Numbered from the stretch's first letter, positions 19,181-28,407 are shown. The stretch: 64,000 nt of DNA from a virus (IMGVR_UViG_3300025137_000023:19291-83290); one strand, 5' to 3'. The notes: generated from the sequence alone by a model not told the origin. Made by a program: numbers and translations.

Positions 19181-19762
19181 TTAGACTGTTACAATATTAT
19201 AGATGTGTTCCCAATCCTTTGCTATTGGGTAAGGATACTCGCCATTCATGTTGTGTCCATGTTCTACAAGTATAGGTTTAAGTCCTGCTTTTGATCCTGC
19301 TTCGCAGTTTACAGGTTTGTCTTCAATCCACCAAAGTTTGGATCCTTTGTATTGTGCAAGTGTTTCATCTTTATCGTCTCCAGTACCTAAACAAATTAGT
19401 TTAGTAAAGACTCCTTCTCCGAACAACTTGTCTAAATTTTTCTGTCTTAGCCTTTTTGCATATTTGTTGTTACTTAATGATGTAATGCAATGAAACTCCC
19501 AACCTTCGTCAGCAAGTTTTGTAACATATTGAACTGCGTCACGTAGAGCAGGTAAGTATCCGATTGTAGCACTTTCATTAAACTGTCTAATTAGTGTTTT
19601 AACTTGTGCTTTCGGAATACCATAACGTTCAGCCATATCGTATTTGAACTGGTATCCTTTTGTAGTTTTAAATCCATGTTCTTCCATCCAACAGTTAAAG
19701 GCGAACTCCCAATTAAGTAGTACACCATCTGCATCTGTTAATATAATTTTTTTCAATTTCAT
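19181..19762 (-). CDS. HAD hydrolase / nucleotidase (T4 30.2-like)
   Basis: TDADGVLLNW, ITSL and WIEDK motifs. Confidence 0.75.
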   Translation of the reverse strand: MKLKKIILTDADGVLLNWEFAFNCWMEEHGFKTTKGYQFKYDMAERYGIPKAQVKTLIRQFNESATIGYLPALRDAVQYVTKLADEGWEFHCITSLSNNKYAKRLRQKNLDKLFGEGVFTKLICLGTGDDKDETLAQYKGSKLWWIEDKPVNCEAGSKAGLKPILVEHGHNMNGEYPYPIAKDWEHIYNIVTV

Positions 19763-19793
19763 CTTCTTCTTTTATTGTTTAACTTACAATACT

Positions 19794-19823
19794 AATATAG
19801 CACATTATGTCGTTTTGTCAACC
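19794..19823 (-). promoter_or_regulatory. Early promoter cassette copy
   Basis: GGTTGACA-16 bp (ending GTGC)-TATATT. Confidence 0.7.
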
Positions 19824-19975
19824 TTTTTTGCTTTAGATTTACCTTTCCAGCGATTTAATTTTTGCACGTCATCGGTTCTAGCACCCGGTTCACACACTGT
19901 AATTTTATTGCCTTTTGCTAACCATTCTTGTACTAGTTTATCGTGCTTAATTTGTTCTTCTTGAGTTATAGCCAT
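19805..19975 (-). CDS. Small hypothetical protein
   Basis: MAITQEEQIK...WLAKGNKITVC; GAAAGG RBS. Confidence 0.6.
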   Translation of the reverse strand: MAITQEEQIKHDKLVQEWLAKGNKITVCEPGARTDDVQKLNRWKGKSKAKKVDKTT

Positions 19976-19981
19976 GTTAAG

Positions 19982-20066
19982 CCTTTCTGTAAGGTTGAAC
20001 CCCCAGCGACGGTACAACACTGGGGGTTCGTGTAAGTTAAGAAGGAGATCGTACCGTTAACTTGGT
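19982..20066 (-). ncRNA. Putative structured RNA (two hairpins with a kissing loop)
   Basis: Stems AAGTTAA/TTAACTT and GAACCCCCAGTG/CGCTGGGGGTTC; ACGGTACGA is complementary to the loop TTGTACCGT. Confidence 0.5.
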
Positions 20067-20789
20067 TCACGTTATCTTAACGTAATTAAGTTGTGATTCT
20101 TTAACACCATCGTACCACCTACTGAAATCAGTACGTTTTACTTTAGCATAAATTTTTACTTCTTTATTAACTTTATCAAGCCAATTATGTTGACTCCAAA
20201 AAGTAATTAGTTGATTATTGTTAGTAATACCAACATAGATATAACTAGTATAGTTACGACTATAAATTCCTGAAATAAGTTTAGCAGTAGTATTAATCTT
20301 AGTACCAACTGAACCAATCCAATCTCCTGTACAGGTTGCTAGTATCATATCTTCTAAACTCTCACGTTTTATAGTTCTTAAATATGTTTGTGGAATACTT
20401 GCAATTAATCCAAAATCGTAAGTAGTAATATCATCTTTTTCAAATGTTGCATATAAGTTAGATTCAAAACCATTTAGGTCTCCTGCTATGGCTCTCATAG
20501 CCAATCCTTCTAACCATTCAGAACATTCTTTTGAATTTTGTTTGTCTTTTTTTGAAGGGGTAATTTCTGTCTTGTTTAAGAGATCGATTGTTTCTGGTGT
20601 CATACCATAATGTACATCACTTAAATTAAATCGAATAATTTCTTTATTAGAAACTGTTTTAGGAACAGCCTTATTATCGATCATCTCGATTTCAGTATCC
20701 TTAACGTATTTCTTGTTGAAGGATTGTGAAGCAAATGCCATTGCTAATACGTCTGTGAATTTGAAAGTTTCTTTACCAAATTTTGACAT
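20067..20789 (-). CDS. Hypothetical early protein (possible C-terminal OB-fold)
   Basis: 240 aa ORF with RBS and early promoter. Confidence 0.65.
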   Translation of the reverse strand: MSKFGKETFKFTDVLAMAFASQSFNKKYVKDTEIEMIDNKAVPKTVSNKEIIRFNLSDVHYGMTPETIDLLNKTEITPSKKDKQNSKECSEWLEGLAMRAIAGDLNGFESNLYATFEKDDITTYDFGLIASIPQTYLRTIKRESLEDMILATCTGDWIGSVGTKINTTAKLISGIYSRNYTSYIYVGITNNNQLITFWSQHNWLDKVNKEVKIYAKVKRTDFSRWYDGVKESQLNYVKIT

Positions 20790-20819
20790 CTACTTCTCCT
20801 TTTAATTAACTATAATTAC

Positions 20820-20849
20820 AATATAACACAAAATGCCGTATTGTCAACC
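20820..20849 (-). promoter_or_regulatory. Early promoter cassette copy
   Basis: GGTTGACA-16 bp-TATATT with TG extension. Confidence 0.7.
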
Positions 20850-20853
20850 TTTT

Positions 20854-20979
20854 TTATAGTCTTTTTGCGATTTTTTCTTTAGTAAATTCTGCCGCACCTG
20901 TAACATCTTTTCCAATGCCAGCAACAGTTGAACAAGCACCTAGAGATAGTGCTATTATAATAATCATAATGTATTTCAT
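20854..20979 (-). CDS. Entericidin EcnA/B-family lipoprotein
   Basis: Hand-translated MKYIMIIIIALSLGACSTVAGIGKDVTGAAEFTKEKIAKRL; matches the C-x-T-x-x-G-x-G-K-D pattern. Confidence 0.7.
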   Translation of the reverse strand: MKYIMIIIIALSLGACSTVAGIGKDVTGAAEFTKEKIAKRL

Positions 20980-21131
20980 TGATCTTCTTCCTTTTTTATG
21001 TAAAAATGTGGATACGCCTTTGGACGTTGTTCTTTGACCTGTTCTAAATACTCATTTGCATCCGACTCAGAGTCAAACTTTGCAACGACAACTTCGTCGT
21101 GTACTCTCGGAATGTATATGACTTGAAACAT
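20976..21131 (-). CDS. Small hypothetical protein
   Basis: Hand-translated 51 aa, MFQVIYIPRVHDEVVVAKF...; ATGA overlap with the next gene. Confidence 0.55.
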   Translation of the reverse strand: MFQVIYIPRVHDEVVVAKFDSESDANEYLEQVKEQRPKAYPHFYIKKEEDQ

Positions 21132-21458
21132 CTACTCACCCACCCAAGCCTTTTCAAGTTTTTCGGCGTGCTTTTGTTTAAGCATATCTAGTTTCTTTTT
21201 ATTTTTAGGTGCATGAATTTCTTTATTTGCATAATCGATTAATTGCATCTCTTCTGGCTTTAAGTCTTTGGCTCTGATGCTCCAAAGTTCTCCAAACCTA
21301 CTTAAACGATATCCTAAGTCAGATAGTTTATTTGCTCTGATATCATCTTTTTCGATAAATGCTAGATCCATCATATCCTTACCTAATTGCATAACTTCCA
21401 TCTCATTGGAAGTAATGTCGTAAATGCTCATGGTTTTACCCGTCATTTGATTAGTCAT
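21132..21458 (-). CDS. Hypothetical protein
   Basis: 108 aa ORF with GAGGG RBS. Confidence 0.6.
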   Translation of the reverse strand: MTNQMTGKTMSIYDITSNEMEVMQLGKDMMDLAFIEKDDIRANKLSDLGYRLSRFGELWSIRAKDLKPEEMQLIDYANKEIHAPKNKKKLDMLKQKHAEKLEKAWVGE

Positions 21459-21481
21459 TGTAGCCCTCTTCTATGTTTTGA

Positions 21482-21988
21482 TTATTTAAGTTTAAGTGTC
21501 GTGTCTTTGTGGTCTTGATTACAAGTCCACTTTTGTTTAGATAACTTGTTCGCTTGAGCCCAGCGGATAAACAAACCAAGTTCTCTGCCATGTGCTTCAA
21601 CTTCCCAAGGGTAGTCGTAGTAATTTTCGTCATTTTCTTCAAACATCTTACCGCACCAACGTATTTTGTCAGCCCGGGCCATGTCAACCATTTCGCCTTT
21701 AGCAAACTGTTTAACGTGAACCATTTCGTGTGCAATAGTTTCAAGTAACCTACGAAGTCGTAATTTACTATCTGCTCGGACAGTAAACTCACGTGGTCTC
21801 CAGTTGTTGTCTTCCCAACATGAATCACCATACACTTGCTCCTTTTTCATTAAATTGGCTACAAGTTGTATTTCGACGTCTAAGTTCTTTTGGAGTCGCT
21901 TTGACATCAGAGTGTCTGCCGCAAATCTGGCTAGACTCTCTACATAATTTCGCTGGGTTTTGCACCCACCTGTCACTGAAATTTTCAT
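21482..21988 (-). CDS. Zinc metallopeptidase (HExxH)
   Basis: AHEMVHVKQ and YPWEVEA motifs. Confidence 0.75.
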   Translation of the reverse strand: MKISVTGGCKTQRNYVESLARFAADTLMSKRLQKNLDVEIQLVANLMKKEQVYGDSCWEDNNWRPREFTVRADSKLRLRRLLETIAHEMVHVKQFAKGEMVDMARADKIRWCGKMFEENDENYYDYPWEVEAHGRELGLFIRWAQANKLSKQKWTCNQDHKDTTLKLK

Positions 21989-22022
21989 ATCTGTTCTCTA
22001 TACTATTTAACATCATACACAC

Positions 22023-22052
22023 ATTATAACATAAGCAGATTATCTGTCAACC
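22023..22052 (-). promoter_or_regulatory. Early promoter cassette copy
   Basis: GGTTGACAGATA...ATGTTATAAT, 16 bp spacer. Confidence 0.75.
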
Positions 22053-22119
22053 TATAAAAAACCCTTTATTTTCAACGATTGCGATATTTTGTAATAAAAA
22101 TTATTTAAAAAAGATATCA

Positions 22120-22596
22120 TTAAACTACCATATTATCCTTTTTTCTACCCAGATAATCCTGTTCCATAATAGTTTTGATATTATGGCACGTTTTACATAA
22201 TGCACTTATATTCTCCTGTGTATCGTCTCCGCCCATGGATTTAAGCACTTGATGATCTCCATCCATAACAGATCTCATTGCTCTTAATCTAACAAAAGGA
22301 TCCTCTATTTGATCAAATCTTGGATCTTCTTGTACATTATATCCACAGCCAGGAAAACTTTCAGTACCTACACACACCCAGCCTCTATAGAATGTATGTG
22401 GTCTATCAGGTTTACCAAGTCCTCCATATGGAACACTTTTTAACTGATGATCTCTGCATAAACAATCTCCACCAGGACCTTGATGTACACTTAATAGTTT
22501 ATTACAATCCACTAGTTTACACGTTAAGCCTAATTGTGCTTGTTTCATTCTTACACTAGAACTTTTAAGTTTGTCTTTGTTAGGATCTCTAATCAT
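22120..22596 (-). CDS. HNH endonuclease
   Basis: DGDHQ...GGDD...NISALCKTCHNIKT motif plus additional Cys residues. Confidence 0.75.
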   Translation of the reverse strand: MIRDPNKDKLKSSSVRMKQAQLGLTCKLVDCNKLLSVHQGPGGDCLCRDHQLKSVPYGGLGKPDRPHTFYRGWVCVGTESFPGCGYNVQEDPRFDQIEDPFVRLRAMRSVMDGDHQVLKSMGGDDTQENISALCKTCHNIKTIMEQDYLGRKKDNMVV

Positions 22597-23737
22597 TCCA
22601 AAGATCCATTTTATCTACTGCCCAAAGATGTTTATACTTTGGTGTTTTAAGTTTTGTACTCTTTTTCATTTGTGCAATTAAGAATGGTACACCAAATCTG
22701 GGCTCTGTAGTAAAGTTACTTTTTTGCTTTTCTGCCCAGGCTTCAGGGTTAGATTTTTTAAACCAATTTTCATATGCAATTTTTACTTTGCTCCAGAATG
22801 GTCCTTTTTCTGACCAATTACTATTAAGATAATCTTTTACAAATGAAACAAATTCTAATAGATACTTGTCATCAACTTTTATATTATCTTTTAAACAGTG
22901 GTCAAAATAATCATAAAGTACTCTAGCCTCTTTTGCCTGTACAGGTCTATTAGCATTCATGTATTGCCAATACCTACCAAACATTTTTGTAACTTCAACA
23001 TCTTTACGTTTCTCTGGAGTTTTTGACATAATTGTATCAGACAACAAAGTAAATGCACCTACTTGAGTATGATCACCAAACTTTTCAGCAGTTGCAAACA
23101 AACCACATTTTTCAAAAATGTTGTTTATCTCTGCACTCTTAATCCAATTTGGATCATCACTGTTATCTACATTTACACCAAAAACGTGTCCAGTATACAA
23201 GTCAATTGGTTGTACTTGTAGTTTACCTTCTTGCGAATTTAGTTTAATATAGTTTTCACGAATTTCTAATCTTTTGCTAACAGGATATATGTTACAAGGA
23301 ACTTCTACTTCTACTTGTCTTTGTCCAAATACTCTTGTTAATATAATATACCAAACAATCGATGTGTGCTGACCTTCCCAACATACATAATTGCCATCTT
23401 GCTTATAAACTTGCAAAGGCATACACATTGTTTCTCTAAAGTTACCAAGTATATCTGTTACCCAAGTCAAGTCTAGTGGACGTTGCATTGTTGTATCAAT
23501 TAATATCTCATCGAACTTTACTGGAATTCCTTGTACAAGGCCCTTCATATCACTAAACTTTTTTAAGTTAGGATGACGCCTTTTGAATTCATCTACTATT
23601 TGTTCTATTATGGGAAGGAAATATTGTGATTTATTTAAGGCTTCTTCTAGCCTTGTTTCTAAATCTACATAATTGCTCTCTATTTTGCTATACTTTGAAT
23701 TTACTTCATCTGCATAACGAGTAAAGGGTTGACTCAT
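22589..23737 (-). CDS. ParB/Srx-fold protein (QR and EGQH motifs)
   Basis: DTTMQRPLDLTW and CWEGQHT resemble ParB/DUF262/DndB motifs. Confidence 0.5.
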   Translation of the reverse strand: MSQPFTRYADEVNSKYSKIESNYVDLETRLEEALNKSQYFLPIIEQIVDEFKRRHPNLKKFSDMKGLVQGIPVKFDEILIDTTMQRPLDLTWVTDILGNFRETMCMPLQVYKQDGNYVCWEGQHTSIVWYIILTRVFGQRQVEVEVPCNIYPVSKRLEIRENYIKLNSQEGKLQVQPIDLYTGHVFGVNVDNSDDPNWIKSAEINNIFEKCGLFATAEKFGDHTQVGAFTLLSDTIMSKTPEKRKDVEVTKMFGRYWQYMNANRPVQAKEARVLYDYFDHCLKDNIKVDDKYLLEFVSFVKDYLNSNWSEKGPFWSKVKIAYENWFKKSNPEAWAEKQKSNFTTEPRFGVPFLIAQMKKSTKLKTPKYKHLWAVDKMDLWND

Positions 23738-23796
23738 TTTTTGCTCCTATTCTTTATCGGCTTTTTAGCCTTAGGTTTTTATTAACTTATATACAT

Positions 23797-23826
23797 ATAA
23801 TAACATATCTAGTCAGTCTGTCAACC
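23797..23826 (-). promoter_or_regulatory. Early promoter cassette copy
   Basis: GGTTGACAGA...-16 bp-TATTAT. Confidence 0.7.
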
Positions 23827-23886
23827 GGTTTTTTTGCACTTTTTTAAATAAATATGTATGAAGGGCATAATTTATAAGGAGATATC

Positions 23887-24306
23887 ATGGATATCAAAAA
23901 AGTTATGACCTGGCTTCCTATCGCCCTTGCCCTGATAGGTTCTCTATATACTGGTATAAATGTGGTATCTAAACTTAACAATACCATAGAACAACATACT
24001 ATTAGCATCAATAGTTTGACTGCTACAGTAAAAGGTTTAGACGACAAATACACTATAGAGATTAAAAATTTAACACAAAAATACACTGAAGCAAGAGAAG
24101 AACTTGTTGCTGAAATGACTCGTGTATGGACAGAGATTGCACAAGTAAGAGCTAAATCAGATTCTTTACAACAAGGGTCATATAAAACAGCCAGCCAAGC
24201 AGAATTAAGAGCATTAGAAGATAGTTACTACAAACTATACGATTCTTTACAACAACTCACATACGATATAAAAGATTTAAAACGTGAATTGACGGGTGGG
24301 TATTAA
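23887..24306 (+). CDS. Membrane-anchored coiled-coil protein (late)
   Basis: TM helix plus heptads; TAAATA at 23845; AGGAGA RBS. Confidence 0.65.
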   Translation: MDIKKVMTWLPIALALIGSLYTGINVVSKLNNTIEQHTISINSLTATVKGLDDKYTIEIKNLTQKYTEAREELVAEMTRVWTEIAQVRAKSDSLQQGSYKTASQAELRALEDSYYKLYDSLQQLTYDIKDLKRELTGGY

Positions 24307-24307
24307 T

Positions 24308-24814
24308 ATGGAGAGTATAAGGATGGACTTACGTTTTACATTTTTGTTATTAACATTATTAGCCTTATTGGCATTATTTGTTAAACCAGCTCATGCAAGA
24401 AACGACTACTTACAATACGACCAGCATTGTCAAGGTATTACACTAGAACCATATATGGAATACAGTCAAAGTACTAACAGAGGTACTGGATCAAGTAATA
24501 GTGGATATAATGATGATAGAGGTAGTATTGGTGTACGTTTAAGTATTCCTTTACAATCTACTTGCTCAAAACGTTATAGAGGAATTGTAACAGAAAATGC
24601 CGCCATTAGACAGCAACTTGAATTGTTAAAAATGTGTGGTAGATACAAAGGACTTGAATTAGGACCTGACTTTAAAGAACTTAAAGATAAGTGTTCTCAA
24701 GTTTGGAAATCTGAAGAATTACAGAAAAAGCAAGACGCAGAAGAGTTAGAATTTAAAAAGCAACAAGAAGAATTAAACAAGTCATTTGAAAATCTTAAAA
24801 AAGATACAAAATAA
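24308..24814 (+). CDS. Secreted hypothetical protein
   Basis: Signal peptide ending AHA. Confidence 0.6.
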   Translation: MESIRMDLRFTFLLLTLLALLALFVKPAHARNDYLQYDQHCQGITLEPYMEYSQSTNRGTGSSNSGYNDDRGSIGVRLSIPLQSTCSKRYRGIVTENAAIRQQLELLKMCGRYKGLELGPDFKELKDKCSQVWKSEELQKKQDAEELEFKKQQEELNKSFENLKKDTK

Positions 24815-24821
24815 TAAGTCA

Positions 24822-24864
24822 TAAAAAAGCCCGGGTATCGTTTTATCGTCCCGGGCTTATTTTT
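24822..24864. terminator. Bidirectional rho-independent terminator
   Basis: AAAAAAGCCCGGG...CCCGGGCTTATTTTT between convergent genes. Confidence 0.75.
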
Positions 24865-24866
24865 AA

Positions 24867-25472
24867 TTAAAAGTTAATAATCATACCAAGTGCTAATTCC
24901 TTGTCTTCAAGGTCAAAGCCATTTGAACGATCTTCAACAATAGATGCACTTAATGTCATCTTGTCGCTTACCTTAAATAAAGATCCGTATTCTAGATAAG
25001 AATCATTTCTATCAAAATCAGTAAAGCCACCACTCTTAGACTGCCAGTCAAAACCGACCTCTACAAAAGGTGTTAGTGCATTCATTTCTTTTTGAACACC
25101 TATATACGGAGAAGCAGTTAATGTTTCATCAGTTAAACTATCTCCCCATTTATAAGCCATTCCGGCACCAACATATGTTTCTGCAAATGGATCGGTATCA
25201 ATACCGCCACCTAATGGAAACATTAATTGCTTTGTTGCTTTTAATTGGTAATCTTGTACACTACCATTTTGAAAGAACTTAAATTCACCATTAAATGCAC
25301 CTAAGTTTTTGGCGATGCCATACTCGTTTGCACCAGTTTCTGGTGTTTTAATTGATACTGCATAATCGTCAGTAACTGCTACTAACTCTATCGTACCGTT
25401 ATTATAGTTTTCTGCAAACGCCGATGTTGCCATCAGTGTTAACAATGCTACTACACTCATTAATTTTTTCAT
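24867..25472 (-). CDS. Outer-membrane beta-barrel protein
   Basis: Signal peptide (AFA); amphipathic beta strands; C-terminal Phe. Confidence 0.6.
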   Translation of the reverse strand: MKKLMSVVALLTLMATSAFAENYNNGTIELVAVTDDYAVSIKTPETGANEYGIAKNLGAFNGEFKFFQNGSVQDYQLKATKQLMFPLGGGIDTDPFAETYVGAGMAYKWGDSLTDETLTASPYIGVQKEMNALTPFVEVGFDWQSKSGGFTDFDRNDSYLEYGSLFKVSDKMTLSASIVEDRSNGFDLEDKELALGMIINF

Positions 25473-25583
25473 ATATATTTTTCCTTATTATGAATATACA
25501 ATTACGTCCTGTAATTGTGTTAATCACAACAATAGACACCTATCGGTGCCTAAAGTTGTAAGTCTTACGGGTTGTGTCTTAGA

Positions 25584-26501
25584 TTAAATCTGAGATAGTT
25601 CAACCAATGTTGCTGAAAGATTGATCTCTGGATCGCTAACTAGAGAATGATTAACTAAACCATTTCTAATTGTTAGGATCGCTTTGTCTTGTCCTTCTTC
25701 TGTTTCGCTCCAAAGTTCCAAGTTATCATACATCCAACGAAACAAGTCTTCCATTTCGTCTGCCCTTACTTGGCTAGTTAATAGTTTTCTTGCTTCACGA
25801 ATTTTACCTTCTTTAAACAAGTCCACCATTGCTAGTTTATAATCAGCAGTAGTATTTTCACTTTCTTTTGGACTTTGTAGCTCACCATCGACATTATTCA
25901 TCTGGCATAAGTTTAAACTCTTACGCAAGTCTGGATATGTCGCTTTAACGTAACTGTCTAATACATCTAATTCAAACTTTACATTCTCGTCAATAAGAAC
26001 TTTGGCAACTCTTGCCGTAAATTCTGTTGTATCAATTTTTTCAATATGAAAGCCTTGACAACGACTATGTAATGCTGGAATTACTCTATTTGGATAGTTA
26101 CACGTTAATACAAATCTAGCAGTACTGGCATATGTTTCCATAACACCACGTAATGCCGCCTGACCATTTGGACTAATATAGTCCGCTTCGTCTAAAAGCA
26201 CAATCTTAAATTCTCCAAAAGGCATTGTTTGTACAAAGCCAGTTATCTTATCTCTAATTGTGTCTACGGAATTTTCTCTACTAGCATTTATTTCTAGTAC
26301 ATCATACTCATCAATGCCTAGTTCGTTAATTAGAATCTTTGCTAGTGTAGTCTTACCGACGCCTGGTGCCCCACTGAAAAGCAGATGAGGAATGGCGCCG
26401 GATAAGACCCAAGATTCTACTTGTTTCTTTTGTGCTTCATCTCGAAACACATAATCCCCTACAGAAGAGGGTCTATACTTTTCAGTCCATAATTCTTTCA
26501 T
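25584..26501 (-). CDS. Clamp loader AAA+ subunit (T4 gp44/RFC-like)
   Basis: WTEKYRP, GAPGVGKT, EINAS, DEAD and SRC motifs. Confidence 0.9.
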   Translation of the reverse strand: MKELWTEKYRPSSVGDYVFRDEAQKKQVESWVLSGAIPHLLFSGAPGVGKTTLAKILINELGIDEYDVLEINASRENSVDTIRDKITGFVQTMPFGEFKIVLLDEADYISPNGQAALRGVMETYASTARFVLTCNYPNRVIPALHSRCQGFHIEKIDTTEFTARVAKVLIDENVKFELDVLDSYVKATYPDLRKSLNLCQMNNVDGELQSPKESENTTADYKLAMVDLFKEGKIREARKLLTSQVRADEMEDLFRWMYDNLELWSETEEGQDKAILTIRNGLVNHSLVSDPEINLSATLVELSQI

Positions 26502-26530
26502 TGAGCACCTTTATTAAGTAGTTAAACTAT

Positions 26531-26559
26531 ATTATATATAATTTACCGCCCAATGTCAA
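26531..26559 (-). promoter_or_regulatory. sigma70 promoter
   Basis: TTGACA-17 bp-TATAAT. Confidence 0.75.
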
Positions 26560-26577
26560 GAACTTTTGGACTTAAAA

Positions 26578-26835
26578 TTATATTTCTACTTTTTCGATTT
26601 TAGTAACTGTAAATGCTTTAGTAGTCAAGTTTGGAAAAAAAGCGTCGAATTGAGCTTGATCTTCAAATATGATTGTTCTACGTATTCCAACCGGTGGATC
26701 TAGTATTTCAAATTGAATACCAGTACAACCTGGATTGTTAGCACCGCATGGTCCGTGTTCAGCCTTGAAAGCCTCTACGTCTGCGTATGATTTACCTGCG
26801 TCGTCTTTTAAATCAGATATATGTCTAATTGCCAT
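26578..26835 (-). CDS. Hypothetical protein
   Basis: 85 aa; AAGGAG RBS. Confidence 0.6.
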   Translation of the reverse strand: MAIRHISDLKDDAGKSYADVEAFKAEHGPCGANNPGCTGIQFEILDPPVGIRRTIIFEDQAQFDAFFPNLTTKAFTVTKIEKVEI

Positions 26836-26924
26836 TGTGTTTCTCCTTAACGTCTATCCTTCTAGCATTTCTGCCTCGAGGCGTGTAGTTAGATTAAAAT
26901 AATGTACTTATTGTACAGTATTAT

Positions 26925-27287
26925 TTATCGAGAATGATCACTTTGGTCTTCATCAGATACCAGCATTAATGCGTCTGGATCTACTTTACGAATTTTAAAC
27001 TCGTTTCCGTCTTTATCTTTTACATTGACACCACGTGTCCATCTTCCATGGTCAACATAAACCCATTGACCTGGTTTTACGTCGTTTTGCTCAGGACCAA
27101 CTGCGTATACTTCAGCCCACCTGGCTCTTACACCATCACTGGTGCCATCGTCACTTCGTAGAATAATACCACCAGTAGTGATTCTTTCTTCAAAGTTCAT
27201 ATCTTTAACTAGAACGTTTTCGTGTAAGGCCCTTACGGTCCCTATTTCATACGTTCCTTCGTATGAGGGTTTATGATTTACTTGCAT
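26925..27287 (-). CDS. groES: GroES-like co-chaperonin
   Basis: TTGGIIL mobile loop; VYAVGP and VKPGQ motifs. Confidence 0.8.
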   Translation of the reverse strand: MQVNHKPSYEGTYEIGTVRALHENVLVKDMNFEERITTGGIILRSDDGTSDGVRARWAEVYAVGPEQNDVKPGQWVYVDHGRWTRGVNVKDKDGNEFKIRKVDPDALMLVSDEDQSDHSR

Positions 27288-27823
27288 TATATTCTCTTTA
27301 TACCTGTTTTAGATCTTGCTTTTTGTTTAGGTGTTTGTTCTTTAGGAACACTCACGGATTTTTGTGGTGCTAATGCATCTGCAATACCTTTAGTAGTTTT
27401 CTTTTCCAGGTCTTCTGGTCTAACAAAATTACCTTCAGCATCTTCAACCCATTCATCTTCACTTACAGGTTCGTCTAATGGACCTGATGGATCTTCGTCA
27501 ACAATTTTATCTGCTTCTACTGTAGGAGCAGGTACTTGTTGTACTGGTTCGTCGGCTTGTACTTGATTATTTACAACACCTTCACCTTCGATGTTTGGAT
27601 CTCTAGGCATAGCATCATCTTTAGGAACAATAGAGTTAGAAGTTGCATAATGCTCTTTCATAACATCTTCTCGAGTCCTAACAATTTTACCACCAGCGCC
27701 TAACTGATCTCCACGGGCATTTACACTCATATTTCCGACAGCAATTACTGTTTCGTTTTGTAGAGTTAATGTACCCATATCGACTTGCTTACCGTTAGCA
27801 GTTCTGTATGTCTTATTTGCCAT
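27287..27823 (-). CDS. Conserved large-phage hypothetical protein
   Basis: AVGNMSVNARGDQLG motif; late promoter upstream. Confidence 0.65.
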   Translation of the reverse strand: MANKTYRTANGKQVDMGTLTLQNETVIAVGNMSVNARGDQLGAGGKIVRTREDVMKEHYATSNSIVPKDDAMPRDPNIEGEGVVNNQVQADEPVQQVPAPTVEADKIVDEDPSGPLDEPVSEDEWVEDAEGNFVRPEDLEKKTTKGIADALAPQKSVSVPKEQTPKQKARSKTGIKRI

Positions 27824-27853
27824 ATTATTTCTCCAATTATATACTACTATTAT

Positions 27854-28378
27854 TTATCTAAGGAACTCGCCCACATCTAAATCATAGTACATACTGTTAA
27901 CTTTGTGTACTCCTAATTTATATAAAACAAAACTTGAGACACTAGAACCTCTTCCAAGTCCCATTACCACATTGTTTTTCTTCATAGTTTCTACAAAATA
28001 CTTTAAAAACTTCAATAGTTCTATTAATTTACGTTCTTGGTACATGAGTAATTCAGCACCAACTCGTTGTAATTCTTCGTCATTATCACATTGTTCTAGT
28101 AGCCATTTACATATATCAAAATCTGCATATTCTTTAGGCATATTCCAATGGCTTTGATTTTCAATGTCAAAATCTTCTACAGAAATGCTTGGCTTTTCAA
28201 TTGACTGTAATCTAGGACCTTCACTATATAACTTATTCGCACTGCTATTATACGCCTCTGGATCTAATACATTAAACTTACTAATATCTAAATTAGGGTT
28301 TTCATATAATGCTTTAAAAAGATCAAGTTCGTTATGATATACAATACCGTATTCGTCTGTGTGCATATTACTTTCCAT
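27854..28378 (-). CDS. DNA polymerase III alpha-like fragment
   Basis: GLGRGSSVSSFVLYKLGV...YDL matches the DnaE GPGRGS region; stops before the PDID motif. Confidence 0.75.
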   Translation of the reverse strand: MESNMHTDEYGIVYHNELDLFKALYENPNLDISKFNVLDPEAYNSSANKLYSEGPRLQSIEKPSISVEDFDIENQSHWNMPKEYADFDICKWLLEQCDNDEELQRVGAELLMYQERKLIELLKFLKYFVETMKKNNVVMGLGRGSSVSSFVLYKLGVHKVNSMYYDLDVGEFLR

Positions 28379-28407
28379 ATAATACTATATTATACAGTAT
28401 ATGGTGA

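Noticed and set aside
21451-21831. 126-aa minus-strand ORF nested in the metallopeptidase gene
   Set aside because: Alternative frame with a weak start and no motif; the HExxH frame explains the region.
26873-26916. Palindromes GCCTCGAGGC and TGTAC...GTACA
   Set aside because: Short and isolated; expected by chance or a weak terminator.
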